NCBI GenBank assembly: GCA_964609135.1
Contig: CAZSQQ010000002.1
Location: 13,349 to 77,348 of the forward strand
DNA from: an uncultured Candidatus Saccharibacteria bacterium
GTDB lineage: Bacteria; Patescibacteriota; Minisyncoccia; UBA6257; Colwellbacteraceae
Direction: 5' to 3'
DNA: 64,000 bases
How positions within the stretch are numbered: the first letter of the stretch is position 1; each line of letters starts with the position of its first letter. This document shows positions 38,933 to 47,279 of this stretch, one piece after another. The position numbers and the translations under genes are program-made. The notes below the pieces were generated by a model that searched no databases, was not told where the DNA came from, and saw only the letters and a list, made by a program, of their open reading frames with translations.

Positions 38933-39587
38933 TGAAAAGAAAATTAGTATTATAGGACCACTCTTAGTTTTAGCCGTCGGCGTTCTTCTCATTGTCGACT
39001 ATGGGAAAAGAAGCCCAGTGGAAAATTCCGGCGATTCAATCAAGTGGAGCGCGGAGCAGGTCAAGAACGACCTTGTAAAGGGTAAAATCGATCTGGAATT
39101 CCAGAAATATTTCGACCGGGACCCGGAACGGAAAGTGCCGGATCAAAAAAATATCATCGTCGCCCCGGCTGACGGCTTAGTGACTGGGGTGACGAAAGAC
39201 CAAGACGGCGTCACTATCATCATCCACCTTTCGCTCTTTGATGTTCATGTTCAGCGGGTGCCAATTAGCGGGAAGGTTACGAATATCGAGCATGTCGGGA
39301 ACGGCTACTTCTCCGCCAAAGATCCCCAGTACCTGAACGGTGTTCAGACTGTTACCACCATCACGACCGCCGTGGGCGAGGTCAAAGTCAAACAAATCAC
39401 CGCTCTTTTTACTACTAGGATCCAAACCTACCCCAAAGTTGGTGACACGATGCGGATTGGTGATCGACTGGGGCAGATTTTGCTTGGCAGCACCGTCATT
39501 GTTATTCTTCCCGATAATACGAATATTATGGTAAGGCCGGGAGACAAAGTTTACGGAGCAGAAACCGTTATAGCTAACTACCGCTAA
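38913..39587 (+). CDS. psd: phosphatidylserine decarboxylase family protein
   Basis: RDPER, APADG, LS.FDVHVQR.P..G, G.I.LGST autocleavage site. Confidence 0.85.
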   Translation: METKRLNEKKISIIGPLLVLAVGVLLIVDYGKRSPVENSGDSIKWSAEQVKNDLVKGKIDLEFQKYFDRDPERKVPDQKNIIVAPADGLVTGVTKDQDGVTIIIHLSLFDVHVQRVPISGKVTNIEHVGNGYFSAKDPQYLNGVQTVTTITTAVGEVKVKQITALFTTRIQTYPKVGDTMRIGDRLGQILLGSTVIVILPDNTNIMVRPGDKVYGAETVIANYR

Positions 39588-39594
39588 TAAAAAT

Positions 39595-41391
39595 ATGTCA
39601 TTCCCGATAAAGCGATTAAAGAAGCAGCAATCTTTTTTTCTTATAGCAACACTCTTGGCGTTGGGTTCAGTTGTCGTTCTTTACAAATATAGTTTGATCT
39701 CGCCAACCGACGAAGAGGGTGATAATAATCGGGCAGAGCTAATACGTTCTGTCTATATCGCCTCCGAAAACGATGGTTGGGCGGTCGGCAACTTGGGAAG
39801 AATTTACAGACTGGGCGAGAATGGGTGGAATTCATTTGAAAGTCCGACTAAACAAAGGCTTCACTCGGTTTCATTCGCCTCCAAAAACGATGGTTGGGCG
39901 GTGGGTTATAGGGGAACTATTATCCATTGGGACGGTGTAGCTTGGCAATTGGCCAAAAACCCTACAGACGATTGGTTAAGGTCGGTGCAAATGCTCTCGC
40001 CCGACGACGGCTGGGCCGTCGGTCACAATAGCATTCTCCACTATGACGGTAAGGAGTGGAAAGAAATAGAAAGGCCTGCCGGAGTTGATAAGCCGCTCAA
40101 AATAGTGAGTATGCTTTCCAAAGACTACGGTTGGATAGCGGGCGATGACGGCACCATCCTTCGCTTTGACGGAAAAAATTGGGAGAAGGTATCCTCCCCC
40201 ACCAACTTGAGACTTCGAGCCATATACACTCTTTCCAAAACCAATGCCTGGATAACGGGAGAAAACGGTCTAATACTGCACTGGGACGGAAATATTTGGC
40301 AAAAAGTAAAAAGCCCGGTGGATAATTGGCTAAGATCGGTCTATTTCACTTCCGAAAACGACGGTTGGGCGGTGGGCCACAACGGACACATCATCCGCTT
40401 TGACGGGCAAACTTGGCAAAAGGTTGAATCGCCCACCGACACCCGGCTCGACCAAATTGTGATGACTGGAAAAGGTGAGGGCTGGATCGTAGGCAACGGC
40501 AACCTAATCCTGAAATGGGACGGGGAGAATTGGCGAACCGAACAATCCCTGCCGATTTTCATGCTTAAACAAATTTTTGCCGTCTCTGACGAAGACGTCT
40601 GGGCGGTCGGCAATAACGGCACGATAACTCACTTTGACGGTAAGTTTTGGTCAAATACCGCGCCCACAACTAATAATTTAAATTCTCTGTATTTATCTTC
40701 GCAGAAATATGGGTGGGCGGTGGGAGACGATGGCGTGATTCTCTCCTTTGACGGCGAGAAGTGGACAGTTGAGAAAAGTCCCACCTCGGAAAGATTGGAA
40801 TACGTTTATGCCACCTCAAAGGATGACGCTTGGGCGGTTGGGTTTAACGGCACAATCATTCATTGGAATGGACAAAGCTGGCAAAGCGTAAAAAGTCCCA
40901 CCCAAGAAAGATTGCGGAATGTTTTTATACTCAATCCCCAATATGGGTACGCGGTCGGCGAACACGCTACCATCCTTTTCTGGAACGGGAAAACTTGGGA
41001 ACCCCAAAACCCGCCTCAAAGCGTTATCGGTTCCGCTCCGACGCTGCACTCCGTTTCCATATTGTCAGAACGGGATGCCTGGATAACGGGGTACGGAGTG
41101 CTTTTAAGATGGGGTGGAAAAGAATGGCGTGAGGTCGGAGACAACCACAAAAGACTCCACTCGATCTACATGCTCTCCCAAAACGACGGCTGGATTGTCG
41201 GCAACTTTGGCACTATTTACTATTGGGATGGAAAGGAGTGGACTCTTATGAAAAATGCCGCCCAGGAGAAACAACAAAGACTTCATTCAGTTTCTTTTTC
41301 CTCTCCTTCGAATGGCTGGGCGCTGGACTTCACGACCGGAACTATCTGGCGCTACAACGGAAAAACATGGGCAGAAAACAATCTGCCTTAA
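39595..41391 (+). CDS. exported beta-propeller repeat protein (YCF48/WD40-like, 14 repeats)
   Basis: 14 copies of L.SV...S..DGWAVG..G.I..(W/F)DG..W after an N-terminal TM. Confidence 0.85.
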   Translation: MSFPIKRLKKQQSFFLIATLLALGSVVVLYKYSLISPTDEEGDNNRAELIRSVYIASENDGWAVGNLGRIYRLGENGWNSFESPTKQRLHSVSFASKNDGWAVGYRGTIIHWDGVAWQLAKNPTDDWLRSVQMLSPDDGWAVGHNSILHYDGKEWKEIERPAGVDKPLKIVSMLSKDYGWIAGDDGTILRFDGKNWEKVSSPTNLRLRAIYTLSKTNAWITGENGLILHWDGNIWQKVKSPVDNWLRSVYFTSENDGWAVGHNGHIIRFDGQTWQKVESPTDTRLDQIVMTGKGEGWIVGNGNLILKWDGENWRTEQSLPIFMLKQIFAVSDEDVWAVGNNGTITHFDGKFWSNTAPTTNNLNSLYLSSQKYGWAVGDDGVILSFDGEKWTVEKSPTSERLEYVYATSKDDAWAVGFNGTIIHWNGQSWQSVKSPTQERLRNVFILNPQYGYAVGEHATILFWNGKTWEPQNPPQSVIGSAPTLHSVSILSERDAWITGYGVLLRWGGKEWREVGDNHKRLHSIYMLSQNDGWIVGNFGTIYYWDGKEWTLMKNAAQEKQQRLHSVSFSSPSNGWALDFTTGTIWRYNGKTWAENNLP

Positions 41392-42856
41392 ACCGATTGT
41401 TCAATCTTTCCTTTAAGTCGCTTACAACATCAGCCCTCTCGTCTAAAACATTATGAAGTTCCTCCTTGTCTTGACTAATATCATATAATTCTAAGCTTTC
41501 TTTAGACGTACCATCTTTCTCAAAAACCGTTTCTTTGATTAGCTTCCAGTTTTTATCTCTTATCACCTCAACTCTGGTTTTCTTTTCGTAATATTGATTA
41601 TTTGCGCCGGGAGTAAAATTAGAACCTGCAAATATATATTCGTTAACTTCCTTATCTTGAAATATAAGCGGGCTTAGACTTTTACCCTCGATAGGAAGCC
41701 GATTTTGAATTCCCAGTAGGTCAAGAAGTGTCGGCAAAATATCAATTTGTTCCGCCAAGCCGTCAATTCTCTTGGGAGAAATTTGTGAACTCTTTATAAG
41801 AAGAGGAATATGTAAAACGTCATCATAAAAAGTTCCCCGAAGCGGACCGCCTCGCATAAACCTGCCGTATTTGCCGAACATATCCCCGTGTTCCGAAGCA
41901 AATATGATTATCGTCTTATCGTAAATGCCCAAAGACTTTAGTTCGTTCAGCAGCTTGCCTATTTCTTTGTCGGCAGAGGTAATGCTTTCGTCGTAAAGCG
42001 CAATGAGATGTTTTACGTCTTCCTCTCCCAACAGCACAAATTTATCGGTGCCCGTCTTGGAAAAATAAACCTTGTAATACGTCTGGCCATCTATAATTTG
42101 GGGACCAGTTCTGTCAAACGTCCATAAACAATCGGAAAAATCGACGGCGCCTTTATAATTTTTATCGTAAGTCAGTCCCCCATTTTGAGAAAATGGGCAA
42201 TGAGCGTCAAATCCCTGGACCTGGACAAAAAATTTCTCTCGGCTATTCTCTTTCAACCAATCAATGGCTTTGGGCACGGTGCAAGTCACCTCTCCATACT
42301 GGCTGGGACCGCCGATTCTCGGGCCCGGTTGCCTGGGATAATTCTGTCCTTGTCCCCTAGTGCACTCTTCATAATGATCAAAACGGTTGGTCAGTCCGAA
42401 TTCGGTATTGTAATCAAAACCTCCGGTAAATGCGGCGGTTGTGTAACCGTTATCCTTTAAAACATCAATTAGGGTAGGTGTGTATTTCGATAGCGTGCTC
42501 CCATCGTACCTATTCATCACTCCGTGCTGAAATGGGAAAAGGGATGTGTAGATAGAAATGATCTCCGGGAGCGTCCAACTGGAATGTCCAAAGGCATTTT
42601 GGAATACCAAAGATTCTTTGGATAGCTTATCAACGTTGGGCGTAGTGGGTCTCGAGTAGCCGTTCCCTGACATATGGTCGTATCGAAGATTCGTCATAGT
42701 AATAAGCACAACGTTGCAGTCCTTACAGATATTGTCAGTAGGAACTGCCGTCACCTCCCGCTGGGCAGACACAGAAATTTCTTGTCTATAATTGTTGACT
42801 ATAAGGTAACCGCCTATAGCTAATACTGATAAAAATCCCAAAACAACTTTCTTCAT
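41342..42856 (-). CDS. sulfatase-like hydrolase/transferase
   Basis: CKDCNVVLI, TPN.D, SWTLP, H.PF, YD..I...D, SEHG, PL.I, D..PT.L. Confidence 0.88.
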   Translation of the reverse strand: MKKVVLGFLSVLAIGGYLIVNNYRQEISVSAQREVTAVPTDNICKDCNVVLITMTNLRYDHMSGNGYSRPTTPNVDKLSKESLVFQNAFGHSSWTLPEIISIYTSLFPFQHGVMNRYDGSTLSKYTPTLIDVLKDNGYTTAAFTGGFDYNTEFGLTNRFDHYEECTRGQGQNYPRQPGPRIGGPSQYGEVTCTVPKAIDWLKENSREKFFVQVQGFDAHCPFSQNGGLTYDKNYKGAVDFSDCLWTFDRTGPQIIDGQTYYKVYFSKTGTDKFVLLGEEDVKHLIALYDESITSADKEIGKLLNELKSLGIYDKTIIIFASEHGDMFGKYGRFMRGGPLRGTFYDDVLHIPLLIKSSQISPKRIDGLAEQIDILPTLLDLLGIQNRLPIEGKSLSPLIFQDKEVNEYIFAGSNFTPGANNQYYEKKTRVEVIRDKNWKLIKETVFEKDGTSKESLELYDISQDKEELHNVLDERADVVSDLKERLNNRFKADCFLPMFFRCSAR

Positions 42857-43404
42857 AAATTACAGCTGAAAGATTTGATAATTTTATCTATCTGGGCGTC
42901 ATCCGCGCCAAAAAGGTTTACTTCAAAAATTCCTTTCCCTCCGCAGTCGAAAAGGCCATACCTCGAATGGTACTTTATCAAATCTTCGGAACAAATCCCG
43001 TAGTTCATCCTCTCTCCGGCAAACAAGCTATAAATAACTCCACTTTCAACCTTCTCTTCTTTGGGCTTGAATTCCTCATCACACTTAACGATGTTAGTTA
43101 TAAATTCGGGATAAGGAGAGGTGGTGGGCTCGAAAAGAAGTTTTAAAATTTCTTTTTTGTCGTTAATAAACTTGCCGCTGTTTTCCGCTACAGATTTTAC
43201 TATTCTTGCTTTTGAATCGTCGGAAACAAGTTCGAGGGAGTCGCCGTTTTCACCGCCCACGTTATAGCTTTGCCAACTTGGCAAATTAACGCTAACTCCC
43301 CAGACGAACAATTTAATACTGGGGAAATTTAAAAAGGAAATTGCGCTAATAAGAAGAAGTAAAAGGGCTGTGAGCAAAAACTTCTTTGAGTTCGTAAAAA
43401 CCAC
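42853..43404 (-). CDS. exported hypothetical protein
   Basis: Signal/TM, SPYP...T....C, four to five Cys; coupled to the sulfatase-like gene. Confidence 0.7.
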   Translation of the reverse strand: MVFTNSKKFLLTALLLLLISAISFLNFPSIKLFVWGVSVNLPSWQSYNVGGENGDSLELVSDDSKARIVKSVAENSGKFINDKKEILKLLFEPTTSPYPEFITNIVKCDEEFKPKEEKVESGVIYSLFAGERMNYGICSEDLIKYHSRYGLFDCGGKGIFEVNLFGADDAQIDKIIKSFSCNL

Positions 43405-43480
43405 CTTCTAATTTTATCACAGGTTCAAATCTTTCAAGGTTTTCGGGTAATAAACGGTAAGATTTCTCAAAAAGAAAACA

Positions 43481-43496
43481 GTTTCATTAATGAAAC
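43481..43496. promoter_or_regulatory. 16-bp perfect palindrome (possible protein-binding site)
   Basis: GTTTCATTAATGAAAC in the AT-rich gap 65 bp before the silent cassette. Confidence 0.35.
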
Positions 43497-43560
43497 CGAG
43501 GGCAGAGTGTATAAATTATAAATAGGGAATCACTATAGAAGCACAGAAGGGGAAAAAGTT

Positions 43561-43700
43561 GCGGACAATGATACTTATACGACAGGTGCCAGCCAGCAGG
43601 TTCTCTCGGGGGCTACCCTGCCCGCGGGGTACAGGGCGGCTGTAAATGGCGCTGATTGCAACGATACCAACAACACCCTCTGGCAAAATCTGACTGGCTA
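43561..43700 (+). repeat. 140-bp perfect inverted repeat, left copy
   Basis: Base-by-base identical to the reverse complement of 45567-45706. Confidence 0.95.
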
Positions 43701-44607
43701 TGCCGATGCCGATCTTGATACCTTTACGACCGGAGCAGGGGTGCAAGTCTGTTCTGGAGCGGCTCTGCCTTCAGGGTATAGAGCGGCTGTGAATGGGGCT
43801 GATTGCAATGACGCCAATGGCCTTATCTGGAGAAACAGGTATCGGGATGCCGACGCTGATACGTTTGGCGCGGGCGCTCTGGTCTGTGTTGGCAATGACG
43901 TTGGTTATGTTGATAACGCCAGTGATTGCAACGACGCCGATGTGAACAAGTGGCAGAATCTGACGGGCTATACCGATGCCGACAGTGACACCTTTACCAC
44001 AGGAGGAGGCGTGACAGTCTGTTCAGGAGCCTCTTTGCCTTCAGGATACAGATCAGCCGTGAATGGGGCTGATTGCAATGACGGGAACGCTTCCGTCTGG
44101 CAAAATCTTACCGGCTATACCGATTCCGATGCCGATGGTTATGGTTCATCAGGTCCCGGCAGTGTGTGTTCCGGAGCCAGTCTTCCGGGAGGCTATGTAT
44201 CTAACAACAGTGATTGTTATGATTCAAATGCTAATGCCCGTCCCGGACAGGGTAGCTTTTTTACTACCAATAGGGGTGACGGCAGTTTTGATTATGATTG
44301 TAATAGTGCCATTGCATATGACCAGCCGTACTATGACGACGTAGCCAATTTTACAATATCTCACTTTGATACTGGGCCATATGGCACTGTTTGCGTTACT
44401 GGCAGTACGGACAATTATAATCAAGTGACCAGTGCCTCTTTTTGCGGTACTTCGCATGAGAACTCCGTAGTTGCAGGTGGAACTCCATGTATTAGCTGCT
44501 CTACATCGAATTATCCTAATACTACCTGCTCAGCACCGGCTGGCGTATGCGGATACACTCAATTTTTCGGCTGTATACACAACTTCATGACCATAAGCTG
44601 TCATTAA
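43561..44607 (+). pseudogene. start-less (silent) alternative C-terminal cassette of the 44702-46189 protein
   Basis: The frame is open from TAA 43519-43521 to TAA 44605-44607, with no ATG/GTG/TTG before the internal GTG at 43741 and no signal peptide; DCND/DADxD repeats; ends TISCH. Confidence 0.75.
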
Positions 44608-44628
44608 TGTTATTAGACGCAACTCAAA

Positions 44629-44678
44629 TATACTAAAGGTTTGCCCAGTGGTTAACCACTGGGCAAACCTTTAGTATA
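44629..44678. repeat. 50-bp perfect, loop-less palindrome (probable bidirectional terminator)
   Basis: TATACTAAAGGTTTGCCCAGTGGTT|AACCACTGGGCAAACCTTTAGTATA between the two convergent stop codons. Confidence 0.9.
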
Positions 44679-44701
44679 AAAGAATAAGTCGTTGTACTGT
44701 C

Positions 44702-46189
44702 TCAGTGGCAAATCCAGGTCATCGTGGAGAGGACGTACCATCGCGTGATACTGCACCCTGGGTCGGTGTAGCCGCTGGGATTGCAAACACTCCTGGTTGA
44801 CCCGCACTCAGCGTTAGTGGCGGTCGTTCTTACCGTACCTAAGCTACATGACGGTGAGGTCTGGCCACATACACTATAGGCATCCCTTGCATAACAGGGA
44901 CCATTAGGTGCCGCGTCGCATGGTGGTCCGTTAGGATCAAGCTCGTTAACACCGCTACAATTGTAGTCAAAACTGCCATCGCCTCTGTTAGAACTATAAT
45001 AGGCGGTCTGTCCGGGCTTGGCATTGGCATTACTATCATAGCAATCGGCGCCTGAACCGGCGGTAGAAAGATAGGGCGAGGGTAGTGATGCGCCCGAACA
45101 AACAGTGTAGGGTCCAGTAGTATAAGCATCACCATCGGCATCGAGATAGCCGGTCAGGTTTTGCCAGACAGTGGCGTTCGCGTCATTGCAATCTGGGCCG
45201 TTTGCATTGGCCGTGTAACCTGATGGCAAAGAAGCCCCAGAGCAAATGGATTGGGCGGTTGAATTCGCTCTAACGCCATCGTTATCAGCATCAGTATAGC
45301 CGGTAAGGTTCTGCCAAACGGAGGCGTTCCCGTCATTGCAGTCAGTCGAATTATCAACATAACCGGCGTCATTACCTACACAGGTGGCTGAAGATACTCC
45401 ATAACCATCTCCATCTGCATCGCGGTATCTGTTTCTCCAGATAGCGCCATTGGCATCATTGCAATCGGTGGCGGTAGCTGAAGCCCTATACCCGGACGGC
45501 AAGGAGGCACCTGAACAAACTGACTGGGCACTACCAATGGTATAGGTATCACCGTCAGCATCCGTGTAGCCAGTCAGATTTTGCCAGAGGGTGTTGTTGG
45601 TATCGTTGCAATCAGCGCCATTTACAGCCGCCCTGTACCCCGCGGGCAGGGTAGCCCCCGAGAGAACCTGCTGGCTGGCACCTGTCGTATAAGTATCATT
45701 GTCCGCGTCCGCGTAGCCGGTAAGATATTGCCATTTGGTGGAATCGGTTGCGGCGGCGTCAGCTGATGTTGTAGAGGTCATAACATTTCTCCTTCTGCCA
45801 GATGTAGGAGCTGTGTCTTGAGCGTATTGAGTAAGAGAATCCGCATATCCATCGCCGTCGGTATCAACCATCCAAAGATTGGTTTGCTTAAGCTGACCGG
45901 TAGAATTTATGGCAATGGAACCGGTGACGGTAATGGTTTGACCGGAATTCCAGGCAACAGTCTGGCCGGCATTGATTGTCAAAGTTTGACTCAAGGCTAC
46001 AGTCAAGTCGCCGTTATCAACTCCGTCAACGGTGTTCGGGAAGGTGCAGCTCGAACTAATTGTGAGGGCGCCACCGGCGGAGGGAGAACAGTTTACGGCG
46101 AGCGCCGCCCCGGGGGCTAAAAAGTACAAAGCCGCCGCTATGGGCAGACCAAGTTTTATAAAAGATATTTTATTAATTCCTGATTTCAT
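44702..46189 (-). CDS. secreted Cys/Asp-rich repeat protein (MopE-like putative metal-binding repeats), candidate adhesin
   Basis: Signal peptide (…AALA^VNC), repeats WQNLTGY.DAD.D.Y...CSGASLP.GY...DCND, NRGDGSFDYNC, Cys-rich tip ending WICH; start at ATG 46189. Confidence 0.85.
   Translation of the reverse strand: MKSGINKISFIKLGLPIAAALYFLAPGAALAVNCSPSAGGALTISSSCTFPNTVDGVDNGDLTVALSQTLTINAGQTVAWNSGQTITVTGSIAINSTGQLKQTNLWMVDTDGDGYADSLTQYAQDTAPTSGRRRNVMTSTTSADAAATDSTKWQYLTGYADADNDTYTTGASQQVLSGATLPAGYRAAVNGADCNDTNNTLWQNLTGYTDADGDTYTIGSAQSVCSGASLPSGYRASATATDCNDANGAIWRNRYRDADGDGYGVSSATCVGNDAGYVDNSTDCNDGNASVWQNLTGYTDADNDGVRANSTAQSICSGASLPSGYTANANGPDCNDANATVWQNLTGYLDADGDAYTTGPYTVCSGASLPSPYLSTAGSGADCYDSNANAKPGQTAYYSSNRGDGSFDYNCSGVNELDPNGPPCDAAPNGPCYARDAYSVCGQTSPSCSLGTVRTTATNAECGSTRSVCNPSGYTDPGCSITRWYVLSTMTWICH
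45567..45706 (-). repeat. 140-bp perfect inverted repeat, right copy (intragenic)
   Basis: Identical to 43561-43700 in inverted orientation and in the same reading phase. Confidence 0.95.
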
Positions 46190-46213
46190 AGTTCGATGTG
46201 ACTCACCATAAAT
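46190..46213. repeat. 24-nt junction repeat (RGTTCGA-N5-CTCACCATAAAT)
   Basis: AGTTCGATGTGACTCACCATAAAT abuts the ATG at 46189. Confidence 0.85.
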
Positions 46214-46221
46214 TTGCTTTC

Positions 46222-46716
46222 TTATTTTACAACAATAGTCCCGATAGCGACTCCGGCGGCATATTTCCAAGTACCTTTCTTAGTGATTCTCATTATTTTA
46301 AACTCGCCCGGAGATATCAAACCGGCGTTCAACTCTTCATTAGATCCGTCGCCTGATGGCGGATCGGAATATACTCTAATTAGCTGACTCGATTTGTTAA
46401 TAATTTTAATCCACTGACCGCTCTTAACGTTATCTGATTTAATCTCTTCGGGTTTAAAAGTAAAACTGACATTTTGCGGCGATAGCGTTGCCCCGTCATA
46501 GGCTATGGTTGCTACTTTGTTGTAGCCGGTATCGGGCGGTTCTTTGGGAGCCGCAGGATTGCTTCCAATAACCTCTCCAGCTACAGGCGATTTAGAATTA
46601 ATATACGGCGAAACAAATTTGAATAAGCTGTCTTTATAGAAATAGAGAAGTACCACAAGCAACAACGCTAAAACCAAGGCAATTTTCGAAATCATCTTTT
46701 TGGTTCTAATTTTCAT
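46222..46716 (-). CDS. membrane-anchored protein with a cupredoxin-like C-terminus
   Basis: TM, WIKIIN.S.....YSDP, LN.G.I.PG, KGTWKY. Confidence 0.65.
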   Translation of the reverse strand: MKIRTKKMISKIALVLALLLVVLLYFYKDSLFKFVSPYINSKSPVAGEVIGSNPAAPKEPPDTGYNKVATIAYDGATLSPQNVSFTFKPEEIKSDNVKSGQWIKIINKSSQLIRVYSDPPSGDGSNEELNAGLISPGEFKIMRITKKGTWKYAAGVAIGTIVVK

Positions 46717-46740
46717 GGTTCGACGCGGCTCACCATAAAT
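46717..46740. repeat. 24-nt junction repeat
   Basis: GGTTCGACGCGGCTCACCATAAAT fills the whole gap between TAA (46740) and ATG (46716). Confidence 0.85.
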
Positions 46741-47279
46741 TATCTAAAATTCAAATCTATATGAGAGCTGTAATTAGCCGACTTAGCCTCAAGTATGGCC
46801 GTATATATTTTATCGTGGGTGTCGTTTATTTTCCAGCTTCCGCCCCAAACTCCGTCTTCCCGTGCGCCAGATAGGAGTTTCAGATTATGGCTAACGGTTT
46901 TGGCGTCTCCTTGTGTCTTAAGGACGACTGATTCTATCGCTTCCGGAGCTTTTACCTTAACCGTAACTCTCTGCTCCTTGCCAACACTGCTGTGGAGCGG
47001 ATCAAAGACCGCTTCGGTAAAAGTCGGTATTTCTCTGGTTTGAATATTGTAGGTTTCTTTGGTATTGAAAGGCAGTTTTAAGTTAGAATCAGAGCTTTTT
47101 GTAGTGGAAGGGAGGGGCTGATTCTTGCCTCCATCAATGGTTCGATACAACTCACCATAAGAAGAAAATATGAACGACGCAAGAAACAGCAAGCCAAGGA
47201 CCGTCGCCAACGTCTTAGCGCTGTTATCTAGACTTAAGCCTTTATTTAGTCGGGACAATAAACCCTTGGACATTTTCAT
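46740..47279 (-). CDS. exported hypothetical protein
   Basis: TM, P.F.....DP, G.W.GSW...DT....Y; start uncertain. Confidence 0.7.
   Translation of the reverse strand: MKMSKGLLSRLNKGLSLDNSAKTLATVLGLLFLASFIFSSYGELYRTIDGGKNQPLPSTTKSSDSNLKLPFNTKETYNIQTREIPTFTEAVFDPLHSSVGKEQRVTVKVKAPEAIESVVLKTQGDAKTVSHNLKLLSGAREDGVWGGSWKINDTHDKIYTAILEAKSANYSSHIDLNFR
47139..47161. repeat. junction-type repeat inside a coding region
   Basis: GGTTCGATACAACTCACCATAAG translated as YGELYRT. Confidence 0.75.

Noticed and set aside
43522-43540. T7-like promoter (TCACTATAG)
   Set aside because: Only 9 nt match and there is no phage context; probably chance.
43561-45706. Diversity-generating retroelement TR/VR pair
   Set aside because: The 140-bp copies are identical (no adenine-specific mismatches), inverted and mid-gene, and no reverse transcriptase is in the window.
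46190-46270. N-terminal extension MEICRR... of the 522-aa ORF
   Set aside because: It overlaps the upstream gene and the junction repeat; the signal peptide starts at ATG 46189.
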